From: Octopus bimaculoides
Lineage: Eukaryota
Length of the DNA stretch: 64,000 nt
Direction of reading: 5' to 3'
NCBI RefSeq assembly: GCF_001194135.2
Contig: NC_068991.1
Span: 2,765,738-2,829,737 of the forward strand
Part shown: piece after piece, positions 53,371 through 64,000 of the stretch
Numbering within the stretch: position 1 is the stretch's first letter
Layout: each line of letters begins with the position of its first letter
Program-made: the position numbers and the translations under genes
Notes under the pieces: model-generated
Database searches by the model: none
Seen by the model: only the letters and a program-made list of their open reading frames with translations
Told to the model about the DNA's origin: nothing

Positions 53371-53823
53371 GATGAAAGACATATAATGTGTGTGTGTGAG
53401 TGTGTGTGTGTGTGTTTGCGTGTGTGTGTACATATAGATATGTATGTATGTATTTAATCTAATCGATATTGTTGGCGATGTTTTGGCCAAATTAGTCCTG
53501 CTCAAGTATACCTATAATAAACAAAATACCATCTGTGACCATCCCATCTGTTTCAGTGTACATCAAGCTCAGGGACACATTATAAAGCCGGAGTATTCAC
53601 TTTATTTTTGAAGTCCAATCTTTATTCTTATTTTTATTTATTTACTGATGTATTTATTTTCATTTTTATTTTTTACAGAAAAATGTAGGCAGTGATTTGG
53701 ATGAATTTCACTGCTATTTATAGCAGATCGAAAGGCGAAATACGCGGCTGTATAGAAGAGGATCGATTCTTAAAATAAATATTTTATTATTACAGCTCCC
53801 GTTCATCGTGCAGTTGTGATCTC

Positions 53824-53865
53824 AGCTGCCCGACGAACGGGAACGTGAAACTCTGAGTAGCAGCT
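53824..53865 (+). ncRNA. Minimal type I hammerhead ribozyme with U4C core variant, in a Penelope-like terminal repeat
   Basis: AGCUGC-CCGACGA-ACG GGAA CGU-GAAA-CUC U GAG-UA-GCAGCU. 6-bp stem I, 3-bp stem II, near-palindromic helix III and GUA triplet. The downstream repeat is shared with 14180-14245. Confidence 0.7.
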
Positions 53866-53981
53866 TTTTCTGATATATTCGTGATGCTTTTGAGGTTTTA
53901 ATAATAAACCATATTACTCTACCTCCGGTATTCGAGTACTATTTTCCCCCCACCTTGTTTCACATTTATGTGCTTACTCTG

Positions 53982-54024
<43 letters not shown>

Positions 54025-54824
54025 CACACACATACAAGCATACTATGTATATATTTAAATGTTTGTTATGGCAAAACAAAATTATGCAACAGAATGTAAA
54101 CCCCAAGAATCCTAATGGCTCGTTATTATAATTAAAAGAAGGAAAAAAACCGAAGATTCTGCCATACAATTTATTAATGATCACCGAATAAACAAACATA
54201 AAGAATTTGAATTCCATTTAAATCCTTTTACTAGATTAGCAGCTCTGCATATGCATACGTGTGTGAATGTGTGTGTTTATATATGTATATATATGCTAAT
54301 GTGAACATGTATTATCTACACATATATATATGTGTGTGTGTGTGAGTCACTCGGTGTCTAACTTCTTAAATACTTCTATGTAAGTAAGTATGTATGTACG
54401 TGTGTGTGTGTTTGTGTGTATGTATGTATGTATGTATGTGTGTATGTGAGTGTATATGTCTGTCAGGGTTTATATAAATATTTTCCGCAACGCATTGTTG
54501 TCAGTGGTCATAACCGTATCCNNNNNNNNNNNNNNNNNNNNNNNNNNNNNNNNNNNNNNNNNNNNNNNNNNNNNNNNNNNNNNNNNNNNNNNNNNNNNNN
54601 NNNNNNNNNNNNNNNNNNNNNNNNNNNNNNNNNNNNNNNNNNNNNNNNNNNNNNNNNNNNNNNNNNNNNNNNNNNNNNNNNNNNNNNNNNNNNNTATATA
54701 TATATATATATATGTATACATGTATATATGTATGGATTTATGTGTACGTATGTGTTTGTATATATACTGTTCTGTGATGGTAAGATTTAATAGATACACA
54801 CGTACACACACATAACTATAGGTA

Positions 54825-54896
<72 letters not shown>

Positions 54897-55260
54897 TATA
54901 TATACATACATATTGTGATATTCAAAAATGCAAACACAATTATGTTATAGAATTAAAAAAACAAAACAATTTTGATAATAATGTCACTTTTCTTTATTGC
55001 GACAAAAAATGTGAGACGAAAATCGTGCTATAGAATATGGAAACGATCCTTGCATAAACCAACATAAAGATTTTGGATAATATTTAATTTCTCTAAAGAC
55101 GATATATATTTCGTGTGTATATAACAATACATACATACATATATATATACATACATACTCACAACTACACACGCACACACATATATATGTATATACATAC
55201 ATATATCATTCATGCTAGATTTTTTATAAAGTATCAAGAATTTCAAAGAAACGTAATAAT

Positions 55261-55340
<80 letters not shown>

Positions 55341-55724
55341 CTGCATACACCCACATTAAAGAACACTTGAACAAAACTTCAGGGAGCGGTTGTGAAATGA
55401 TAAACAGGGGAATGTCTAAAATATAAATACTTGACATGCGAAGGAAGATAAACTTATATATTGAAATTGTAGAACAATGCTTGTGAAATGAAACGTGAAG
55501 AAAATGTCAAAATGTTAAACCTTATGGATTATCGGAGGATATTTTCAGAAGTGTTGGCTCGTGTGTGAAGGAGGGTTCGTCAAGGATGAAAGGATGATGA
55601 TGGTTGTAGAAAGGGCGGTGAGGAAGTGGTTGGAAAGATGCAAGTTGAAGCTGTGCATGGTCGATCGGAAACGGTAACCGACAAAGGATTCTCTCAATTA
55701 GAAAGATATAGAAATACGCATTTC

Positions 55725-56016
55725 AATGACGGGTTACTTCGCAACCGCATGGATCTGGGTTCAATCCTATTGCGTGGAACATTGGGCAAGTGTTTTCTAT
55801 CATAGTCTTGGGCCGACCAAAGCCTTGTGAGAGGAGTTCGTAAACGGAAATTGAAAGAAGCCCGTCGTACACACACACACACTCGACGGGTTTCTTTCAG
55901 TTTCCGTTCACCAAGTCCATTCACAAGGCTTTGGTCGGCCCGTGGCTGTAGGTGACATGCAGCGGAACTGAACACGGAACTATGTGGTTGGGAAGCAAAC
56001 TTCTTACCACACAGCT
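55725..56016. mobile_element. Two SINE family B 5' halves converging as an inverted repeat around (AC)n
   Basis: + copy ends ...gaaagaagcccgtcg (55868), then an AC spacer, then the - copy starts cgacgggtttctttcagtttccg...cttaccacacagc. Confidence 0.88.
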
Positions 56017-56341
56017 ATTCTTTAATATAATTTCTTATATATTAAATTTTCTCTTCTTTTCTTTTTTTCTTTTTGTGTGTCTTTACATTATATGTACTCA
56101 TAGATCCTAGCTTAAGAGTTATTGTCAAGGTTTTAATATTTTGGTCTCCGTATATTTAAGCTAATAGTTTTTTATATTTTCTGCTTATTTAATTATCGCA
56201 ATATAAAGCTTTTTATTCTTTTTTTCTCGACTCATTTTCCGGTTTAAATGAACTGATTTAAAAACCATAGCAAGTATAGATTGTAACAATGTCGCAGCAT
56301 CTGGCTCAGTTCCTTGGGCTGAGAGTAACCGTCTCTTTTAC

Positions 56342-56384
56342 CTCCACCAATAATCACAGACCTGGAAACTGTCTTCGTTGCCAT
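56342..56384 (-). CDS. Candidate first coding exon MATKTVSRSVIIGG(G), possibly the start of an FAD/NAD-binding GxGxxG fold
   Basis: Start context aaacaATGG, phase-1 donor GAG|gtaaaa, and an upstream ETS site (ccggaagt) and GC box (ggcgggg) at ~56450-56480. No downstream exon found. Confidence 0.3.
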
Positions 56385-56498
56385 TGTTTCACCTTTGACG
56401 GAGTCATTAAAAACAGTTGTAAGAACTTTTATCAAATCTGTCTGTAACATAACTTCCGGTTTGGTTCGCACCCCGCCTCCTCTCTTGCTCTCTTCTTC

Positions 56499-56587
<89 letters not shown>

Positions 56588-57439
56588 TTCTCAACACTGT
56601 AAGACATTAAGCGACCACCTTTTTTTTTAGAATGGAAAAAAAGAAAAAATTATGAATCTCCATTTTCGAAAATATGAATAACTGTATTCGTTGTTCTCTG
56701 TTATATTTTAATAAATTACTCTCTTCACAATAAACGGTATGTATGTATGTATGTATGTATGTATGTATGTATCTATCTATCTATCTATCACTATTTTTAC
56801 CCCCAATCTCTCATCCTACAAACACGTTCAGTTTCCGCCTACCAAATCCACTCGCATAAAACAATGGGTCATATGCTAGTAGAGATTAAATAAATCTCAC
56901 GTGAGTGCATAGAGGCTCTTTCATTGATTCAACGATCTCAAGTATCTTCGGAGCAGTGGTTCCTGTTGATTGATGGATAGTTTGGTGCTGGCACGATTCA
57001 ATAAATATTCTAACTGAAACGAAGAGGCAAATGTTTTGAATATGAAATTATTTTTTATAATAGTTTAGTGAATGGTGGAAGAGTAGCACTCGCCGCCCCT
57101 TCCAGGGACTTCCGAGATTCGTGGGAGGAAGGAAAGAGTTTATCTTTACACTGGAGACCCAACCTGAATGTCTGCAACAAAGTCAACTTTGGTAAAGGCA
57201 CCAAACGGTCAGCTGCCGCAGTTGAACCGAGCACGGAAAAGTTCACTAACCAAAAATAGGAACGGTTTTTCCGACCGATTTCTACATAGTTTCCGCCGGC
57301 CATGTTTCACTCACAAAGCTTTGGTTAAAATGAGGTTTTTGCTAAACCCACTTTTACTAAAATGCTGTGCAATGACATCTAGCGGGAAACCATGTAAATG
57401 TCGACAAAAAAACAAAAACAAAAGAAACAAAAAAACTGG

Positions 57440-57545
57440 TACTCCGTCGATTACGACGATGAGTGTTCCAGTCGATCCGATCAACGGAACAGCCTGCTCG
57501 GGAAATTAACGTGCAAATGGATGAGTATTCCACAGACTCGCGAAA
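57440..57545 (-). mobile_element. SINE family C, 3' part
   Basis: actccgtcgattacgacg-tgagtgttccagtcgatccgatcaacggaacagcctgctcgggaaattaacgtgcaa. Confidence 0.85.
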
Positions 57546-57600
57546 GACTTCTAACTCGCTGCCTTCCTGCGCTCATTAATTAATTAATATAATATATAAG

Positions 57601-57990
57601 GTGGCGAGCTTGGCAGAATCGTTAGCACGCCGGATAAAATGCTTAGTGGCATTTTCTTCCGTCTTTACGTTCTGAGATCAAATTCCGCCGAAGTCGACCT
57701 TGCTTTTCATCGCTGTCGGAGGTCGATAAAAAAATAAGTACCAGTTGTGTACTGGGGTCGATGTAATCGACTTATACCTCCCTCCAAAATGTCAGACCTT
57801 GCGCTAAAATTTGAAAGCGTGGCGAGCGGTCAGAATCGTTAAGACGCCGAACAAAATTCTTAGTGACATCTTTTTCTGTCTTTACGTTCTGAGTTCAAAT
57901 TCCGCCGAAGTCGACCTTGCTTTTCATCACTGTCGGAGATCGATAAAATAAGCAACATTTGGACGCTGGAGTCGATATAATCGACTTGCC
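57601..57990 (+). mobile_element. Tandem dimer of SINE family A
   Basis: Heads gtggcgagcttggcagaatcg (57601) and gtggcgagcggtcagaatcg (~57819). Both bodies share gaagtcgaccttgcttttcatc-ctgtcggag. Confidence 0.9.
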
Positions 57991-58475
57991 TTCCATCCCA
58001 TACACAAAGAAAACAAGAAAATACCAGGCCTAGCAGGAAGGACTAATTAATATAATATATCGCCGTAGTGAAATGTTCGTTTATGTTTTCTACTTGGCCA
58101 ATCCCTTATATTCCTCACCGTTAGTAACGAAATACTGACGCATTATCAACTCCCTTTTGACAAACAGCTTCATATCTTCCATTATTGCAATCAGCCAACT
58201 TCCTGTTATTCTATACAGAAAGCATTTTTCGAATTCTGAATAGCAAACGCATACACGCTTACTTACATACATACACACAAATATACATACACGCGTATAC
58301 ACACACACGCACACACGTATACATATATACACGTATGCAGGCTCTCTATTTTGTTGCCAGATAAAGGAAAAACGCGAACATACGTTTATATAGTTACAAT
58401 CACAAATACAAAAAGCAGCACACACACACTTACACACCTACATACATACATACATACATACATACACGAATATAC

Positions 58476-58955
58476 AGGCGTGGCTGTGCAGATAAGAAGC
58501 TGGCTTCCCAACCACATGGTTTCAGGTTCAGTCCCCCTGTGTGGCACCTTGGGCAAGCGTCTTCTACTGTAACCTCGGGTCGATCAAAGTTTTGTGAGTA
58601 GATTTCATAGACGGAAACTGAAAGAAGCCCTCGTGTATGTATTTACCCCTGTATGTGTGTATGCGTGTGCGCATGCGTTTGTCGCTCACTACCGTTTGAC
58701 AGCAGGCAAAAGAGAGATAGAATGGGTGTCAGACTTAAAAATATAAGCACATTATTTACATTATTTACAACTGGCAGAATCGTTAGCACCGGAGAAAATT
58801 TTTCAGCTTTACGTCCTGGGGTCAAATGTCACCGAGGTTAACTTTGCCTTTCATCCTTTCGAGGTCGATAAAATAAAGTACCACTCAAATCATAGGATCG
58901 ATGTAATCGATTTCCTCTCTCCTCTCTAATTGCTGGCTTTATGCCAAAATTTGGA
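58476..58955 (+). mobile_element. SINE family B (58476-58750) followed by SINE family A (58771-58955)
   Basis: ggcgtggctgtgcagataagaagctggcttcccaaccacatgg..., then ctggcagaatcgttagcaccgg...actttgcctttcatcctttcgaggtcgataaaataa. Confidence 0.88.
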
Positions 58956-58964
58956 CGAATATAT

Positions 58965-59525
58965 TACTTGTACGTCTACCGAGGACACACAGTGAATAGG
59001 CCCCGAAATATGCGTGCTGAAATCTCAAAGAAAATAAGGGCAGGATGGAAGGGTTTTCACTCAATAAAGAATGTGATCCAAACCAATCTAGACAATGGTA
59101 TACCGTCCTAGCTGCACTCTTGTAACCACGTGAGATGTGGACTATTACGAAGAGGATAGAACATCGCTTGGCTATAATGCAAAGGGCCATGGAAAGACCC
59201 CTCTGCTAGGAATATCACTAAGAAACCACGTTTGGAATGAAATAATTCGGGAACAGATTCGAGCGAACGAAGTGATCGCAGAGCACGACAAGTTCCAGGA
59301 CGTGTGACAAGGTTCGCAAGGTGGACCTGTGCAGTTGCCGAGTGGTAGGTATCCAAGAGACCGGGAAAAGCTACTTGGAAGGCCTCCTCGACGATGGGAA
59401 GACTTTACTGAAATAACTTGGGTCAAGAGGGAAAATATTGGCGCAATCAAGATAGAATTGGAAGTGCATTGTGACCAGCGGTGTATTACAGAATCTGATG
59501 ATGAGGTCGGAACTGTGATACTGTG
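58965..59525 (+). mobile_element. RTE-clade LINE 3' relic (RT C-terminus and tandem-repeat tail)
   Basis: YVYRGHTVN...EISKKIRAGWKGFHSIKNV / MWTITKRIEHRLAIMQRAMERPLLGISLENH / YPRDREKLLGRPPRRWEDF; ends ctgtgatactgtgata. Confidence 0.8.
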
Positions 59526-60099
59526 ATATTACCTGTATCTATTTTATCGGGCCTGGCCGACATAAAGAAAACAAAAACGACCAGAGAGAAGTTTAAAATT
59601 AGAAGACAGGACCACGTGACTCATTAGCGCAAATAATTTTCTTTCGTGTCCGCCGGTCGGTTACCTAACAATATTGTTATCCACGAACCGTTTAGCGGAT
59701 ATTGTCTCGTACTGACTACAAACTAATTAGACAAGCGTGTCCAATCAAGATAAAACTAAAACTGAAAATTGGAACTTAATTAAGTTCGGAGATTATTCAA
59801 GATAATTAACAACAAAGGTTGAAGGATTAAATGTGTGTGCGCGCGCGTGTGTGTACAGATAAGGGAGTCATGTAAAGGATCCCTTATCTGGATTGCAGTC
59901 ATTGTGTCGTTGATTAACTTCAACTCAGCTCTGTTTCAGTAGACTTACGATGAAAGGCGCTCTAGACATGATCATCCTGTGTTATTTTTAGACCTAGTAT
60001 CTAGAAGTAAATTGTTAAATAGGTTATATGTATGTTTGTGAGTTGTGCGTATATGTACGTAGGATTGAATGTATATGTGTATTTCAATGGACAAACATG

Positions 60100-60296
60100 A
60101 GCACGCCGAGCGAAATGCTTAGCGGTATTTCGTCTGTCTTTACGTTCCGAGTTCAAATTCCGCGAGGTCGACTTTGCCTTTCATCCTTTCGGGGTCGATA
60201 ATTTAAGTACCAATTACGCACTGGGGTCGATGTAATTTACTGGCTCCCTCCCCACCAAAATTTCGGGCCTTGTGCCTAGAGTAGAAAAGAATATTA
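60100..60296 (+). mobile_element. SINE family A
   Basis: gcacgccgagcgaaatgcttagcggtatttcgtctgtctttacgttccgagttcaaattcc...gggccttgtgcctagagtagaaaagaatatt. Confidence 0.92.
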
Positions 60297-60717
60297 CTGT
60301 CTTCGTTAAGTCTTCGGGAAACATCCATCGAAGGCCACTTTTTGGTATGCCGAGCGTTTCACATCCAGGTTTTCTTTGAGGCGTGTTAGTCTGGCTGTTT
60401 TGGAGTTGAGAGAGAGAGAGAGAGAGCTTCCTGAAGAGCTCATTGTCGACACATAGGATATAGTTTTCTTCACTTTTCACCACCACTGTCTGAGAGAGAG
60501 AGAGACTATGGTGTGTCTCCATTGGTCTCAAGCCTCTATTTCCTTTATCTCCTTTTAGGTAGAGCCTATGATTGTCTCTGTCATATCAGTGTTTTGCGGT
60601 TTCTAATGTCTTTGGATTGGATTTCTTCTACAGACGAACCAAGAATCCCAAATGTCGGACCCAGTTACTGCAAATGTTTTGTGAGATATGTATGTATGTA
60701 TATATGTATGTATATAT

Positions 60718-60803
60718 GTGCAGATTTGTGTGTTTTATGTATGCATTCTCATGCATATAGTTGCATATCTAGACATGCTGATATATATTTAAATGATAAA
60801 CTT
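60718..60803 (-). mobile_element. Extreme 3' fragment of the (TATG)n-embedded RLE retrotransposon
   Basis: gtgcagatttgt...tctcatgcatatagttgcatatctag...ttaaatgataaactt matches 50039-50122; flanked on both sides by (TATG)n. Confidence 0.85.
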
Positions 60804-61065
60804 TGTATGCAAGTATGTATGTATGTATGTATGTATGTATGTATGTATGTATACGGGCATCCACCGTGTTACGGCAACCTCAGGTTACTGGATTTCGAGC
60901 TTACGGAAATTCTTACGTATGACCGTTGATTTCGGGTTTGTTATTTCTACACTTACAGAATTTAAAAACTACAGTTTCTTCTTAACCCCAAGTCCGCTTC
61001 TCGGCTTTTTTGCTTAGTTCGAAATATGATTAACAATTTTAAAGACAATAACCATCACACGTCCA

Positions 61066-61103
<38 letters not shown>

Positions 61104-61201
61104 TGTATGTATACGTGCAGTTGTTTGTCATACCCCACTATAAACTCTAACGGGGCGTGTCTTTTTGTGTGTTTGTGTACATTTTCTCAGATTACAATAA
61201 G

Positions 61202-61233
<32 letters not shown>

Positions 61234-61625
61234 CATATATATATGTGAATATCTATATATATNNNNNNNNNNNNNNNNNNNNNNNNNNNNNNNNNNNNNN
61301 NNNNNNNNNNNNNNNNNNNNNNNNNNNNNNNNNNNNNNNNNNNNNNNNNNNNNNNNNNNNNNNNNNNNNNNNNNNNNNNNNNNNNNNNNNNNNNNNNNNN
61401 NNNNNNNNNNNNNNNNNNNNNNNNNNNNNNNNNNNNNNNNNNNNNNNNNNNNNNNNNNNNNNNNNNNNNNNNNNNNNNNNNNNNNNNNNNNNNNNNNNNN
61501 NNNNNNNNNNNNNNNNNNNNNNNNNNNNNNNNNNNNNNNTATATATATGTATACACATATATATAAGAATATATATATGTGAATATATATATACATATAC
61601 ACACTCTCTCACATACACACATTCA

Positions 61626-61678
<53 letters not shown>

Positions 61679-62325
61679 TCACACACGCACACACATCTTT
61701 ACCGCCACTATCTATCATCAACACCGACACAACCAACCCATAGAACCGATGTTATCACCAACCCACCAACCCTTTGATGACCGACAGCAACAATTGTCTA
61801 AACAAGACAAAACAGCTCCACCTTAAATAAAACAATTACACGAGGTAATATGATACACGAGTGTATTTTTAAAGGTCGAACGAAATGTCTTTGATCTAAA
61901 ATCAATGAGAATTGACTTGAGACTAAACATCAACGACAATACAATTTATAATAACAATATGACCACCACCACCACCAACAACAACATGGTACTATCACCA
62001 GAGAATATAGAATTACCATTATCTTTTGAATAATCAACTGCAACAGTAATAATACTATCAGCATCTTATAATTTCAGCCATGTCTGTAGCTACATATGTT
62101 GTATGTCAACACAACAGTGTATGTGTGATACAGTGGGCTGTTTTCAGATGTGTAAGGAGCAAAATGCCCATGAACCTAGTAACCTTCCAACTAACTGTAA
62201 TCGTACAGTACTTCCTCCCATCTCACTCCTCACTCTTTCACCCCTTTATCATCTCATTTCCATTCTTACACAAATAAGAATCAAAACCAATTGCTTATCT
62301 CTCACAAAACTTTCATGGTGCAATC

Positions 62326-62379
<54 letters not shown>

Positions 62380-62899
62380 CTTTTTATGTTTTGATATTAA
62401 GATTGAAAAAAATTTACCTTGTTTGTTAAAACGTTTGGAAGTGGATTTGCATTACTGAGCAAATTTCGTTCCTGCACTTATGGATGCCATAATGTAGACC
62501 TAAATGCTTCTAAAACAATCGCGATGGTCGTGGCTGGGACGCGTTTGGTTATAGTTTTGATTACAAGTCAAGGTCGAGGTCGTTGCTAAACCAAAACAAG
62601 ATAAACAAGAATGACAACAGCAACAACATCTGTAGCAGTAACAACAATAACAACAACAACAACAACAACAACAACAGCAGCAGCAGCAGCAGCAGAAGCA
62701 ACAGGAACGATAACAACAAGAACAAACATTCCAATGAAAAATCAATTCGAAAGAGAAAATGAAAAGAGGAATAAAGCATTCATCACGTGTTTGAAGGAAG
62801 TGAAATGTGATTGGGGTGATAGAAAGAGGAAGGGGAGGAGATGAATCATAAGGGTTCCGGTGAGGTGGGGGCTGCCTTATGTAGTTGACGATAGTAGAG

Positions 62900-63090
62900 G
62901 AGGCAGCGAGCTTAGCGGCGTTTTGTTCATCTTTACGTTCTGAGTTCAAATCCCGCCGAAGTCGACTTTACCTTTTATCCTTTCGGGGTCGATAAATCAA
63001 GCACCAGTTGAGCACTGGCGTCGATATAATTGACTTATCCACTCTCTCGAAATTGCTGGCCTCGTGCCAACATTTCAAACCAATATTACA
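62900..63090 (+). mobile_element. SINE family A
   Basis: gcttagcggcgtttt...tttacgttctgagttcaaatcccgccgaagtcgactttacctttt...ggggtcgataaa...ctggcgtcgatataattgact. Confidence 0.88.
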
Positions 63091-63129
63091 GATCGATGTT
63101 AATGGTGAGAGAATGCAGAGACGGTGGGG

Positions 63130-63430
63130 GTTTAAGAATCCCATATTTCAACCCGTAACACTAGCTGACACCCTTCGAGGCTCTAATGAGGTCCGTATTG
63201 ATGTACTGCTTCCGCATCATAATAAGGGCCGCTCGACAAAATGGTGTTGAATCATTTACGGACACAGTCCAGTCTCTGGTCCTCTACAAGTATGCTGCCT
63301 CCTCTCTCTCTCTCTCTCTCTCTCTCTCCTTCTCTCTCTCTCTCTCTCTCTCTCCCTCTCTCTCTCTTCTATTACGTCTATAATGGTGCCTGTCCCTCGG
63401 AGTTGGCAGGTCTCGCACCTTATCCTCGAT
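63130..63430 (+). mobile_element. CR1/Jockey-like LINE RT C-terminal relic interrupted by (CT)n
   Basis: EALMRSVLMYCFRI...ESFTDTVQSLVLYKYAASSL(SL)n...FYYVYNGACPSELAGLAP resembles the KAQVRP.LEYC...LQSL..RR.VSSLSLFYRYYNG.CS.EL pattern. Confidence 0.5.
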
Positions 63431-64000
63431 CCATTTAGCTTTCAGCCTTAGTCATGTCTTCGCCCCTGGGACTAAAGCAGCAACAATAAAACCGTGGTTT
63501 TTAGGTCTATAACACGAAACGTCAAATTTTGCAACCCCTCTCTGCAACCGAACATCTTCCCTGGAATGACTAGTACCGTTGTTGCGGCTGCTGTTCACCT
63601 TGGTACTAAACAACATTCAAAACTGTTATTGTAGGGCTATAACCCGAACCGTCAAATTTTCCACCCCTGAATGCAACCAAACTTAGCTAACATCCCCCAA
63701 TTCTGGATTTAGTAGAGCAGTTATTGTCGTCAACGTAGACTTTTATTAAATTTTCTCGATTCCGGATTTATTTGTTTATCTTTTATTTCTATCATTATTT
63801 TTGTTTTTCTAGTCTTTACAATAGCAGACTAACAAAAGAATGCATGAATGGAGATAGGAGAATAGGGGTTGTTACAGATACTCCCAGCCCCTTTTTTTCT
63901 GTCACTTTTCTGCCTCATTTGGTGTGCCCTGATAACCTATAAAACTAAACAAAGAACTACGAATGCAGAAGACAGCACTATAAAGGAACCGCTGTCAAGG

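Noticed and set aside
53335-53372. SINE B tail hairpin followed by GAAACAAGUA
   Set aside because: Resembles hammerhead stem II plus GAAA, but no upstream CUGANGA core in any copy.

Overview
Repeat-saturated, AT-rich animal genomic DNA from a gapped assembly: about 21 N-gaps totalling roughly 7.5 kb, most flanked by microsatellites. The repeat landscape (several tRNA-like SINE families plus very dense AC/AT/AG/TATG/GATA and triplet microsatellites) looks like a coleoid cephalopod, probably Octopus; this is inference. No intact protein-coding gene is visible, and nearly all long ORFs in the track are gap or microsatellite artefacts. Recognisable coding remnants are mobile elements: three mariner/Tc1 relics, three 3' fragments of restriction-like-endonuclease (R4/Dong-type) retrotransposons, two RTE-type and one CR1/Jockey-like LINE fragment, and Penelope-like termini. 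Two main discoveries. (1) Five minimal type I hammerhead ribozyme-like motifs from about four repeat families. One has an intact catalytic core (20964-21006, minus), and a U4->C core variant recurs. (2) An RLE retrotransposon found twice inside (TATG)n/(TACA)n arrays, suggesting tetranucleotide target specificity, alongside two (TAA)n-embedded relatives. There are also inverted SINE pairs that could form dsRNA, a promoter-like motif island inside a 5 kb triplet-repeat region, and two low-confidence first-exon candidates. Repeat boundaries are approximate (about +/-10-20 bp), and all alignments and folds were done by eye.
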